Source of the DNA: Octopus sinensis
Taxonomy: Eukaryota
DNA: 64,000 nucleotides
Assembly: GCF_006345805.1 (NCBI RefSeq)
Contig: NC_043006.1
Span: 3,410,001-3,474,000 of the forward strand
Direction: 5' to 3'
The notes beneath the pieces were generated by a model. That model was not told the DNA's origin. It ran no database searches and saw only the letters and a list, made by a program, of their open reading frames with translations. Made by a program: the position numbers and the translations under genes. This document shows, in pieces, positions 37,985 through 50,245 of this stretch; position 1 is the stretch's first letter, and the number at the start of each line of letters is the position of its first letter.

Positions 37985-38810
37985 ATAATAATTTCTATTC
38001 TAGGCACAAGGCCTGAAATTTTGTGGGGAGGAGGAGGCAAGTCGATTACGCCGAGCCCACAGCTCGCACTGGTACTTATTTTATCAACTCTGAAAGAATG
38101 AAAGGCGAAATCGACTGCGGTAGAATTCGAACGTAGCAGCATTTCGTTTAATGTGCTCGCGGCTCTTTCAGATTCCTTCGTCATAATCAATATAAATACT
38201 GGTTTCTACTCTAGGCACAAGGCAATTTCAGGGGAGAAAGTCGATTGCATCGATCCCTCCTCGCAAGAGTTACTTATTTTATCGACCCCGATTGGATGAA
38301 AGGCAAAATCGACCTCTGCACGATTTGAACGAAATGCCACTATTTCTGCCGGCTCGCTACCTTGCAATTATAACAGTAAGGTTTTCGAAATCTGTCACAA
38401 GACCGGCAATTTTGGAGAAGGGACTAAGTCGATTACGCCGACCCCAATGTTCATCTGGTTCTGAGTTCTTATCGACTCCGAAAGGGTGAAAGGCAAAGTC
38501 AACCTCGGCTGAATTCGAATTCAGAACTTAAAGACGAACGAAATGCTTTTGCTCGGCGTGCTAACAATTCTGCCGGCTCACCGCTCCGTAATTATAATAA
38601 TAATCTTTTCTACTAAAGACACAAGCTCTGAAATTTTCGCGGAGGGGACTAGTTGATTACATCGACCCCAATGTTCAACTGGTACTTATTTTAAAGATGT
38701 CGAAAGGATGAAAGGCAAAGTCGACCTTGGTGGGGTTTGAATTCAGGACGTAAAGACGGACAAAATGCTGCTAAGTATTTTGCCCGTCTTCATGATTCTG
38801 TCAGCTCACA
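37985..38810 (-). mobile_element. Cluster of four degenerate SINE-A copies
   Basis: Four (G/A)ATGAAAGGC.AA.TC.AC cores with CTAGGCACAAG-type tails. Confidence 0.78.
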
Positions 38811-39110
38811 TCTGGCAGAATAATAACAATAGACATAATGATAAACATGATTATGAGACTGATGATGTAATTCTGTTGCAATATTGTTTTGTATCTCATT
38901 CTAATGCATTTAGTACTGTTATAGTACCTTCTTTATTATTGTAGTTGTTTTTAAAGTTACCGAGTCAGATCTTTGATGCAGCGACTTTAGTATATATATA
39001 TTTATATATAGTGCGTGCATTGCTGTCCTAGAAAGTACTACCAGTATTTCATTATATTCATTCCCATCATGTGTTATGTCCATGGTTGTGTACCCCTTTC
39101 ACTTTTAAAT

Positions 39111-39166
<56 letters not shown>

Positions 39167-39169
39167 TTG

Positions 39170-40095
39170 TGTTGCTTAATATGTTTTGCTAAAATTGCTG
39201 TTTCTTTTCAGATATCATCATAAAAAGGTAATTAAAATTCATTATATTGACAGATCTATTGAACTTTCAAAGAGATCAAATTGTTGCTTCCAGTATGGCA
39301 GGTGCTAACGTGACGAAAACAGCCGAAATGTTTGGTGTATCAAGAAGTACTGTCTTGAAAGTAATGTCAGCCTTTGAGAAAGAAGGAAAAACCTCCTCAC
39401 CGAAACAAAACTCGGAATAAAACCAAAACTTTCAGATAGGGACCATCAGACTCTTACGCAAATTGTTAGAAAGGATGACAAAAGTACAGTTCCCAAAATT
39501 ACTGCAGAGCTTAATGACCACCTCGAGAACCCAGTTTCCACAAAAATTGTTCGCCGGGAGCTGCACAAGGCCGGATTTCATGGGAGGGCTGCAATCAGAA
39601 AATCACTACTTTCAAAAACAAACGTTGCAAAGTGTTTACAGTGGAGTAAAAACCTACAGAATTGGTCCCTAGAACAGTTGAAGAATGCCGCCTGCCCAAT
39701 AGTTTCCCTTCATGGCAGAATTAATAGTCAAGACTGTTTAAGCATTTTGCCTGATCAAATTCATCCTATGGCTGGGGAACTGTTTCCGGAGGGAAACACA
39801 ATCTTTCAGAATGATAATGCATCAATTCAAATAGCTAAAGTCGTTACTGAATAGCACGGGTGCATTTTAGAGAAACAAGAGAGGAGTCGATAGCTTCCAC
39901 CATCATCTCAACAAAAACTAGAGAATGTTTTAGCTGAAGAATGGACAAAAATTCCTTTGGAAAAAATTAAAACTTTGTACGAGTCCATACCTCGTAGAAT
40001 TCAAGCTGTAATTACTGCTACAGGCGGTCCTACCCCATATTAAATTCAATTTGTTTGAAATTTTAAGGTGCTTCCATTATTTTGTCCAACCCCTG
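39170..40095 (+). pseudogene. Tc1-like transposon remnant with internal deletions
   Basis: ..AEMFGVSRSTVLKV..KLSDRDHQTLTQIVRK..VRRELHKAGFHGRAAIRK..FQNDNASIQ; right TIR revcomp CAGGGGTTGGACAAAATAATGGAAGCACC + TA at 40096; left TIR not seen. Confidence 0.85.
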
Positions 40096-40097
40096 TA

Positions 40098-40283
40098 TAT
40101 CTGTATGCGTGTGCTCTCTCTCGCGCTCGCGTGTGTGTATGTGCGTGTGTACATATACATACAAAACATACTGTAATACACACACACACACGCACGTACA
40201 CATACATACACACATACATACATACATACATACATACATACATACATACATACATACATACATACATACAAACATACATACAT

Positions 40284-40332
<49 letters not shown>

Positions 40333-40361
40333 CAGAGAGACAGATAGATAGACAGACAGAC

Positions 40362-40422
<61 letters not shown>

Positions 40423-40785
40423 TTACATATATGTTACTCTAATTGTCTCTCTGTCTCGCTTTCTCTCTTTATTTTTCAGCTTCTATCTTTTCTTTTCTGT
40501 CTCCATACATCTATACATCTCTCAAACTAATTATCTCCGGTTTTCTTTCTCTCTCTCTCTCTCTCTCACTCTTCCACTTTCTCTGTCCCTTTCACTCTGT
40601 TTCACTCTCTCTCTCACTCACTCACACTCTCTCTCTCACTCCCCCCTCTCTCTCTTTCTCTTGTTTCATAGGCTTCTGATTCTAGACTGCATCCATACTG
40701 CCTCATCGCGTTCAAGGGTATTATTCGATACTCTCGACCATACTCATTCCGTCCATTGAACACGCATACAAACACAAGGTATACA

Positions 40786-40876
<91 letters not shown>

Positions 40877-40884
40877 ATATATAT

Positions 40885-40925
<41 letters not shown>
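40098..40925. repeat. Compound CA/CATA/GATA/CT/ATCT/TA microsatellite region
   Basis: Read directly. Confidence 0.9.
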
Positions 40926-40931
<6 letters not shown>

Positions 40932-43386
40932 TAATTAAGGGCTAAAGAGGGTTATTCTAAAGCCAAATACACTGTTTTATCCACTTATAATCCGCTTGTT
41001 ACAGAAAATTGAAACTGAAAACGGGCAACTAACCTTTAGAAAATTTAAATTTCGTTATCTCTATATTGAATCAATTTCGGACAATCTTATAAAAAAAGAT
41101 ATTTCCTTCTTCAGTAGAACTTTCGATGGGATATAAATAAAATACTCACGTATGATCATGGAAAAAGCACAAGCTAAAAACATAACTACACTTGAGTACA
41201 TCACTTATATCTAAAAATAAAAATTCTTGGTCAGCCTCAGAAAACAACGTCCAGACCTTTCGCCGCTACAAATTGTAATGGTTACCAGTCCTCCTGTAGC
41301 AAGCATCGAGTTTACTACTAAGCAATATAGGATGAAGTCCCTTACTCTACAGCAAGGAATTCATCAGGAAGCGTGGGCAGTATATTTAAAAAAACCGTTA
41401 CGGTTGCAATATACATCATATAATTAAGGGCTACAGGAGGACTGGTAACCATTACAATTTGTAGCGGCGAAAGGTCTGGACGTTGTTTTCTGAGGCTGAC
41501 CAAAGAATTTTTATTTTTAGATATAAGTGATGTACTCAAGTGTAGTTATGTTTTTAGCTTGTGCTTTTTCCATGATCATACGTGAGTATTTTATTTATAT
41601 CCATCGAAAGTTCTACTGAAGAAGAATATATCTTTTTTTATAAGATTAAGTCCGAAATTGATTCAATATAGAGATAACGAAATTTAAATTTTCTAAAGGT
41701 TAGTTGCCCGTTTTCAGTTTCAATTTTCCTGTAACAAGCGGATTATAAGTGGATAAAACAGTGTATTTGGCTTTAGAATAACCCTCTTTAGCCCTTAATT
41801 ATATGATGTATATTGCAACCGTAACGGTTTTTTTTTAAATATACTGCCCACGCTTCCTGATGAATTCCTTTGCTGTAGAGTAAGGGACTTCATCCTATAT
41901 TGCTTAGTAGTAAACTCGATGCTTGCTACAGGAGGACTGGTAACCATTACAATTTGTAGCGGCGAAAGGTCTGGACGTTGTTTTCTGAGGCTGACCAAAG
42001 AATTTTTATTTTTAGATATAAGTGATGTACTCAAGTGTAGTTATGTTTTTAGCTTGTGCTTTTTCCATGATCATACGTGAGTATTTTATTTATATCCCAT
42101 CGAAAGTTCTACTGAAGAAGGAATATATCTTTTTTTATAAGATTAAGTCCGAAATTGATTCAATATAGAGATAACGAAATTAAATTTTCTAAAGGTTAGT
42201 TGCCCGTTTTCAGTTTCAATTTTCCTGTAACAAGCGGATTATAAGTGGATAAAACAGTGTATTTGGCTTTAGAATAACCCTCTTTAGCCCTAATTCTATG
42301 ATGTATATTGCAACCGTAACGGTTTTTTTTAAATATACTGCCCACGCTTCCTGATGAATTCCTTTGCTGTAGAGTAAGGGACTTCATCCTATATTGCTTA
42401 GTAGTAAACTCGATGCTTGCTACAGGAGGACTGGTAACCATTACAATTTGTAGCGGCGAAAGGTCTGGACGTTGTTTTCTGAGGCTGACCAAAGAATTTT
42501 TATTTTTAGATATAAGTGATGTACTCAAGTGTAGTTATGTTTTTAGCTTGTGCTTTTTCCATGATCATACGTGAGTATTTTATTTATATCCCATCGAAAG
42601 TTCTACTGAAGAAGGAATATATCTTTTTTTATAAGATTAAGTCCGAAATTGATTCAATATAGAGATAACGAAATTTAAATTTTCTAAGGTTAGTTGCCCG
42701 TTTTCAGTTTCAATTTTCCTGTAACAAGCGGATTATAAGTGGATAAAACAGTGTATTTGCTTTAGAATAACCTCTTTAGCCCTTAATTATATGATGTATA
42801 TTGCAACCGTAACGGTTTTTTTTTTTAAATATACTGCCCACGCTTCCTGATGAATTCCTTTGCTGTAGAGTAAGGACTTCATCCTATATTGCTTAGTAGT
42901 AAACTCGATGCTGCTACAGGAGGACTGGTAACCATTACAATTTGTAGCGGCGGCGAAAGGTCTGGACGTTGTTTTCTGAGGCTGACCAAAGAATTTTTAT
43001 TTTTAGGATAAGTGATGTACTCAAGTGTAGTTATGTTTTTAGCTTGTGCTTTTTCCATGATCATACGCGAGTATTTTATTTATATCCCATCGAAAGTTCT
43101 ACTGAAGAAGGAATATATTTTTTTATAAGATTAAGTCCGAAATTGATTCAATATAGAGATAACGAAATTTAAATTTTCTAAAGGTTAGTTGCCCGTTTTC
43201 AGTTTCAATTTTCCTGTAACAAGCGGATTATAAGTGGATAAAACAGTGTATTTGGCTTTAGAATAACCCTCTTTAGCCCTTAATTATATGATGTATATTG
43301 CAACCGTAACGGTTTTTTTTAAATATACTGCCCACGCTTCCTGATGAATTCCTTTGCTGTAGAGTAAGGGACTTCATCCTATATTG

Positions 43387-43390
<4 letters not shown>
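40921..43390. repeat. Array of a ~495-bp HHR-containing unit (family H4): ~1.05 copies inverted plus ~3.96 direct
   Basis: CTGAAGA at 41616, 42112, 42606, 43102 (+) and 41114 (-); orientation switch at ~41430; bounded by microsatellites. Confidence 0.92.
42106..42175 (+). ncRNA. Type I hammerhead ribozyme, representative array copy
   Basis: GUUCUA-CUGAAGA-A-GGA..AUCUU/AAGAU..UCC-GAAA-UUG(AUU)CAA-UA^UAGAG; all three stems pair; predicted cuts after 41668, 42165, 42659, 43153 and at 41064/3 (-). Confidence 0.8.
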
Positions 43391-43427
<37 letters not shown>

Positions 43428-43499
43428 TATATAACTTAGAATAACTTAGAAAGGTTTTGGCCAGTATTGGCCCAGGCCATGTCTAACTTAATAGCACCA

Positions 43500-43707
43500 C
43501 CTGGCGAAGTCTTTCAATTCAGGATTTGGGCACCAAGGCCCATTCGAGCAGAGAGTTTGTTTGCGGAGACATATCCGGGTGTGGGTGGTTTGTCCGGGAC
43601 TGTTGAAGGAATTTGTCCAAAGACTTCTTGAATTTTGTGTGGTCAGTTTCTTTTTTGATGTGTCCTGGTGTAATGTTGAAGAGAGCGGGTCCAATTGAGG
43701 TGAAATA
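43500..43707 (-). mobile_element. LINE (CR1/L2-group) ORF2 3' end
   Basis: FTSIGPALFNITPGHIKKETDHTKFKKSLDKFLQ/VPDKPPTPGYVSAN/NSLLEWA with frameshifts. Confidence 0.7.
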
Positions 43708-44994
43708 GTTGTGAAATATATGTATATATAGATAGATATAAAGAGAGAGACAGACAGAGATAACGAAACAACGAGCTTGGATAAGTCAGAGAACACCAAG
43801 AATACACGGTGTCAGAAAATGCGAAACTGAAAAAGAAATAGAAGTATATAGCGAAAAAACAACAATCGAAGAAGTGCAAGATGGAAATGAAAATTCCAGT
43901 GGAAGAAGCAAGATAATTTAATGTTTCTGGGAACAATCTTTATCAAATCGAAGACAAAGCATTAAGAGAAGCGAGAAAAGAAGAAGATCTATACGCTATC
44001 GAATATAGGACGTCTACTTACATGTCAGGTCTAGTATAGTATGAAAGTTGGGAAGTAGGATAGTTGAGAAGTGGAATTCCTCCATATGTAAGTGAATCTG
44101 ATTAAAACACTCCCTCATCCATCTTATTTTTTTAAACTGATAATCGATATGTTCAGTTGAAAACAGGATTTGTACTACTAATAGGTTCAATAAGTCGATG
44201 AGAAAACAGAAACAGCCTTTCAATGGCATTTTTGAGAGATGCTGTTTTCAAATATTTATTACTTCGACATCTACATTTTCAGTGCTAATTGTTAGCAAAG
44301 CGTTATCCCTACTGGCGCGAAATCCTTTGTATACTAAGTTACTGAAACATCTCTGTGAAAATGGGATTCTTAGTAAAAAAATAGAGGTTTTACCTTTCTT
44401 CACCAGATGTGGATTTCATTGTAGCGTAGTCTTTGGAATGACAACTAGCCTACCAATAATATTAATATCTCCTCTGAAATCTCGTAATAAATGTTCGAAA
44501 CACTGAGAGGCACCTCTACGTGACATTGCGTACTCATACTTTCAGCTTCGCCTTATTCACAACCTCTGCCTTTCTAGACTCTCAGTCAGTATTGCAGAGA
44601 CAACTGTCATTGTATGCAAGATTAGGCGGCAACTTAAAATCAAATAAACAGTTCTGCTGTCGGCGTCCAAAACCGAAGCAATTCCGTACCACCAGATATG
44701 ACCAGCTATTCGATCCTTGTTATACTTTTATTCATATGGAACAAAAATAATTCATTTCTGTGGACACACAGTTAAGGTTATTGAATGTAGTAGCAAGTTA
44801 CCTAAAAAATATCTTCAACGAGAATTACAACTGCAGTTCTATGTGAAGTTGGCAGTGCATTCTATTCAAGATATTTGCTAGCCACGTACTGTGCAATATC
44901 TTCAATGAGGATTTACATTAGTTATACATGTCACTGCTAAACTCTAAGTGTGTGCTTTTTAAAATTCTTGTTGTGCTTAAAACGGTGTGTCTTC

Positions 44995-45258
44995 ATTACA
45001 TTATTTACATTCGACGGATATTTGTCCTCATCTTGTTTGTTGTTAACACAACGTTTCGGCTGATATACCCCCCAGCCTTCTTCAGGTGTCTTGGGGAAAT
45101 TTCCAACCTGGGTTCTCATTCCTAAGGTATTTTTCGATGTTATTATTATTATTGTTACTATTACTATTGTTGTTGTTGTTGTTCAGGTCACTGCTTGGAA
45201 TTGAACTCGGAATCTTGAGGTTAGTAGCCCGTGCTCTTAACCACTACGCCATATGCCC
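44995..45258 (-). mobile_element. tRNA-headed element carrying a minimal HHR (family H5)
   Basis: A-box TGGCGTAGTGG (45251-45241), B-box GTTCAATTCC (45206-45197), (AAC/AAT)n spacer, then HHR. Confidence 0.8.
45045..45090 (-). ncRNA. Minimal type I hammerhead ribozyme, intact core
   Basis: GACAC-CUGAAGA-A-GGCUG(GGGGGUAUAU)CAGCC-GAAA-CG-UU^GUGUU. Confidence 0.8.
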
Positions 45259-45544
45259 ATGGCATCATTTTCCAGGCAGCATTTTGCACTGACACAAAAA
45301 GTAACCGTTTTAAGTTTCTGGAATAAAAACTGACAATGAATGTAAACAAGATCTCTCTAAGATTTAAATGCAATGTAAACATTCCTCCTTCAAAAAGTTA
45401 GTGCGCAGTTTCAAATTCCATGGCAGATAGAAAATAGGTTATTTTCCAATAAGTTGTTTTCATTACTTCATTTAAATATACATATACTGGGATCAAATTA
45501 TAGTTACTTAAAGTGATTTACCAGTAAATGTAATATTACTTTCA

Positions 45545-45720
45545 AGCTTTGGCGCAAGGCCAGTAAATTTGGGGGAATGATAGGTCGATTAGATCGGCTC
45601 CAGTGCTCAACTGGCACTTAGTTTATCGACCCAGAAAGGCAAAGTCGACCTCGGTGGAATTTGAATTCAGGACTTAAAGATGGTTGAAATGCAGCCAAGC
45701 ATTTTCCCCAGGGTTCTAAC
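45545..45720 (-). mobile_element. Degenerate SINE-A
   Basis: AAGGCAAAGTCGACCTCGGTGGAATTTGAATTCAG core. Confidence 0.7.
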
Positions 45721-46044
45721 GTAATATTACAGGAAGGTAATTATATTTCACAGAAGAATTATAGACATTATATAAAACAATTTCATTATTAAAAATTAGT
45801 CATTAAAAAAATCCCATCACTTAAAAGTTGGTAAATGGTTTGGAGTATCATGGAGGACAGAAAATACTTTGTTTTTCCATCGTTTTACGTTTAATTTGTC
45901 AATATTTCTAAAATAGATAATCCTGAGGCGAAAGAAATACGAACCCAAGGAGTACTGGTGGAATGTCCCAGTGAAAACCTTAATAAAATGTAAACATAGC
46001 AGACTTGACATAGTGCTTTAGGATACAGGAGAGAGACATGCATG

Positions 46045-46049
46045 CATAC

Positions 46050-46080
<31 letters not shown>

Positions 46081-46103
46081 CATACATACATACATACATA
46101 CAT

Positions 46104-46136
<33 letters not shown>

Positions 46137-46645
46137 ATTATACCTGTAATTATTGGGGCCCTGGGATATGTAACACACTGCCTAAATACCAATCTTGAGA
46201 AATTAGGCTTCTCAAAACCAAAATGGAGAAAGCTAATTCGAAGACTACAAATCCAATCCATCACTGGAACTGTAAAAATCTGTAAAACGTTCCAGACGCT
46301 TATCATTTAAATATATATGGGTATGTCTAGATATGCAGCTATGTGCATGAGAACATATACATAAAGCAAACCATACAAATCTGCATACATACATACATAT
46401 ATATATACTTACTTACTTACATACATACATGCATACAAAAATACCCTGTTGTTGATGTTGAAATTCCAATGAAGGATCTATGTTAGAAACCGGCTCTTTC
46501 TCCTCTGGCAAGAAATCTTGAAATAAAACTGAACAATGACATACATACATACTTGCTTACATACACACATACATAAATATATACATACATACATACATAC
46601 ATACATACATACATACATACATACATACATACATACATACATACA
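46045..46645. repeat. (CATA)n tracts on both sides of an inserted LINE fragment
   Basis: (CATA)n at 46045-46120 and 46540-46645. Confidence 0.9.
46137..46539 (+). mobile_element. 3' end of an RLE-type non-LTR retrotransposon (R4/Dong-like)
   Basis: IIPVIIGALGYVTHCLNTNLEKLGF..LQIQSITGTVKICKTF* (stop 46310) fits the C-terminus of restriction-like-endonuclease LINEs; 3' UTR runs into (CATA)n; clade is my inference. Confidence 0.7.
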
Positions 46646-47139
46646 AAGTGGCTGTCAGCAAGTAGACGAGTATGATCATCGCTGACAAATGATCTTATCC
46701 TAGAAGTTAAAGACAGTGGCTATCAGCAATGCCTCTGGTGAAATTTAAAGCCAATAGAAGCTCACAGAACATCGCAAAGACTGACTTACAGAGCCAAGTA
46801 TTCGAGAAACAAGCAAGAGCAATCAAGATCTCTGGTTTCGCATAGAGGTAGGTACTATTTCTGAATTTCCTTCTCCTTGGGACATGTCCAGACAAAGACT
46901 CGGGTAAGCTCACTCCCAAATTTTAAATGATTGTTGACACTACTGGATTCATACATCTTGACAAGTTTTGTTGTTTTTTTTTTGTCCTGCAGAATATCCA
47001 ACAAAAACCGCACTCTTTCATTGCCAAGCAGGCTTGTAAAGGTTGCCGGTTTAGTCACCGACGGACCCACCATGTGACAGGCTGCACTGGGTTACATGTT
47101 ACCATCGCATTGAGAGTTTTTTGACATAACAGACACACA

Positions 47140-47166
47140 AGCACACGCATAAACCCACACGCACTG

Positions 47167-47197
<31 letters not shown>

Positions 47198-47499
47198 CAC
47201 ACATGCAGAAGCGCATGCGCACTGACGCTGACCGAGATTCATATAAGTATAATAAATTTGTTAGTTATGTAGATAAGAAATGAAAACAACCTGCCAGATA
47301 AAGACATTGTGTAGAAGGTACAAAGAGAGTGTGTAGGTGCATGTGTCTGTCAGTCTGTCTGTTTGTCTGTCTCTCTATCTATCTGTCAGTGTGTTTCTGT
47401 GTGTATTTGTATAAATGCATGCTTGTATGTGTGTATGTATATTTATGTGCATGAGTGTTATAGATTTCCAATCTATTTGTGCGCGTATGTGTGTGTGTT

Positions 47500-47547
<48 letters not shown>

Positions 47548-47638
47548 TGTGTGGCTGAAATGAATCGAAAGGATCGATGGTGCATATCGACAGAGGGGAA
47601 GGTGAGTGAGAAGATAAGGAAAGACAATTTGACAGAGG

Positions 47639-47690
<52 letters not shown>

Positions 47691-47918
47691 GTATTAGTCT
47701 TTTAGTCAATAAAGTCAGAGAGTGCCACAGGAAATCGATGAAGGAGAGGGAAAGTGAGAGGAGAGCGTCGAAGGTCACCAGATAACACTTCATGCGTAAA
47801 ACACACACACACACACGCACAAAATACTGACAATACATATATATGTCAACTGATTACCCTACACACAAATATATATACACACACATACATGCCAACTGAT
47901 ATCGTATACTTACACATG

Positions 47919-47952
<34 letters not shown>

Positions 47953-48036
47953 CACATACATATATACATACATACGTATACATAAACATACATACATATT
48001 TTTATAAACAAAAACACAAACACACAAACACATACA

Positions 48037-48091
<55 letters not shown>

Positions 48092-48100
48092 GTATATAGT
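47140..48100. repeat. CA/GT/GA/TA microsatellite cluster
   Basis: Read directly. Confidence 0.9.
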
Positions 48101-48390
48101 CAATTCAAATAAACAAACAATTCAAAATTGAGAAATTCAGATAATAAAAAAAGAAAACACCGAACCTGAGGACGTGCAAAAGAAATATGTTAACCTGACG
48201 CTCAATGAAAAGAGAGAGAGTTCGACGTTTCGAGCATAGCTCTTTGTGGGAAAGGAGAAACGTAAAGGTCCAAGGATGGAGAAGAAATCGCCAACGGCAC
48301 ACGTTTAGTTACATTGCCGAAGTGACCGGAAGTAGAAAGAGATAGAGAAAGTGTTTGGGGAGACAGGAGTGTGTGAAGATGGTCAGTATG
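48099..48390 (-). mobile_element. Family H1b copy with decayed HHR core
   Basis: Homologous to 31124-31400; minus CCACAAA-GAGC(UAU)GCUC-GAAAC-GUC^GAAC. Confidence 0.6.
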
Positions 48391-48995
48391 TGTGTGCGTA
48401 TGTTTATGTGTGTGGATGGTCACTTTGTATGTGTATGTGTTAGTGTGAGTCGTTTGTGAGTGAGTGTGTGTGCGTGTGGTAGGATCTGTGTGCGTGTGTG
48501 TTAGTGTTTGTGATTGTGTCGCATCAATGCAGATCAATAGCAGGTCATGGTGGCGGCAGTCGCGAAAAGTGTGTGAGTGGGTAGATGTGGCTGTGTGTGT
48601 GTGTAAGGGTGTTTACATGTGTGCGGTTGACGGAGTGGAATGAGTGTGAGTATATGTGCGTGTGCATATGTGTATGTGCGTGTGTATATATTGCGTATGG
48701 GTGCGTCTGTGTGTGTCTTTGTATCTCTGTGTGTCTTTCTACCTCTGTGTATCTCTCCCGGTATATGTCTCTCCCTGTATTTCTCTCTCTCTCTTTATAT
48801 ATACATATGTGTGTATATGTGTAGTTATGTGTGTGTATATATGTGCATGTGAATGTGTGTAGAAATATATATGCACATACAAGAGCACTGAGTACAAGCG
48901 CATAAACGTATAATATATTTAAACGGAAAGTATCTAATAAGTCCTTAAGGAGTCATTGATAAACACCAAACATTTTTGAGGGCGCTGTATTTATA

Positions 48996-50245
48996 CGAGA
49001 TGGTATCAAAAGTTTCCGGATTAGCTCTGCAGCGCGCCAACATATGGTAGCACACGGTAGCGTGCGCAGTGAGGGCTATCAGTGACCTTCATGAAACAGT
49101 GTGTTGAGTGACATTGCTGCGCTTTCGCAAGTTGTGAAATTTGGATTCTTGTGATCATGTATATGTTGTAGTCTGCGATTTTGTCATCGAGTGGAAGTTG
49201 GAACAAAGAGCCAATGTAAAATTTTGCGTTTAACTTGAGAAGTCTGCTACAGAGACATTGACATTCGGCAAGCTTACGATAATCGGTCGTAGGCAATGTT
49301 TCGAATGGCACCGGCGCTTCCAAAGAGGAAGAACATTCCCGGAAGACCAGCCACGGGTGTCACCATCGGAAACGTGGAGAAAATAAATCAACTTGTGCAT
49401 AAGGATCGTCAGAGGACAATCAACGACATTGCTGATGTTGGTGATCTGTCGTGCGGGCCCGTGCAGGCAATCCTAACGTCTGAACTGAACACACGGCATG
49501 CCTCTGCTATGTTTGTCCCCCGCCTGCTGACCACTGAGCAGAAAGAACATGGCGCCAAAGTCTGTCAAGATCTCCGCCAACGTGTCGCTGATGACCCATC
49601 TTTCTTGTCGAGTATCATCACCGGTGACGAGAATGGGGTCTACGGGTACGACCCTCATACGAAGCAGCAGTCATCACAATGGAAGAGGCCTTCATCTCCA
49701 CGACCGGAACAGGGACTGCAGAGCCGCAGCTCAGGCAAGCCCATGCTCATCTTTTTTATGGACATCCACAGTATTGTGCATCGAGAATTCGTCTTCCAAG
49801 GCCCGGCCGTCAATCGAGAGTTTTACTGCGACGTTTTGAAGTGTTTTAGGGAAGACATTCGGCGAAAGCGACCGGATCTGTGGAGTGCGAAGTATTGGAT
49901 TCTTCACGACAACAACGCACCCTGTCACAGAGCTCTCCTCACTCGTGAGTTTCTCTCCAAAAACAACATGGTATCGCTTCCATACCCATACTATTCGCCA
50001 GATTTAGCACCTGCTTTCCCCAAGATGAAAAGGCAGCTCAAATGTCGCCGATTTAACACCGTTGTCGAAATCCAGAAGGTCCACGATTCGCTTACGAAAA
50101 ACGACTAGCAGACCGGATTCCAAAAGTGACAGGAACACTGGGACCGGTATATTGTTGCACAAGGTGACTGTTTCGAAGGAGACGATGTTAAAATTTAGTT
50201 AAAGAAGTCATCATTATTGATCATAACTAGTCCGGGAATGTTTCT
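48996..50245 (+). mobile_element. Mariner element, inactivated; residual ORF 49296-50108
   Basis: TA + CGAGATGGTATCAAAAGTTTCCGGA left TIR; LEQRANVKFCV, ITGDENGVYGYD, HDNNAPCH; YSPDLAPA then deletion of the third Asp; right TIR degenerate. Confidence 0.88.

Noticed and set aside
41857-41920. Second CTGATGA in the array unit as another hammerhead
   Set aside because: No GAAA follows the hairpin and the motif is itself paired in a stem
41227-43172. Repeated ORF MSTSLISKNKNSLVSLRKQRPDLSPLQ.. in the array
   Set aside because: Short, non-ATG start, frame differs between copies, no recognisable domain; it recurs only because the DNA is repeated
40921-43390. CRISPR array or simple satellite interpretation
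   Set aside because: No repeat-spacer alternation and no cas genes in a eukaryotic context; the internal inversion and ribozyme are not explained by a plain satellite
43800-44900. Protein-like stretches on the minus strand (e.g. DSLTYGGIPLLNYP)
   Set aside because: Many stops and no family I can name
46460-46500. CCAATGAAGG..GAAACCGG hammerhead-like motif in the RLE LINE 3' UTR
   Set aside because: Core is CCAAUGA, stem II does not pair and stem I is unconvincing
49296-50108. 270-aa ORF as an active or domesticated transposase
   Set aside because: N-terminus is frameshifted and the third catalytic Asp is deleted
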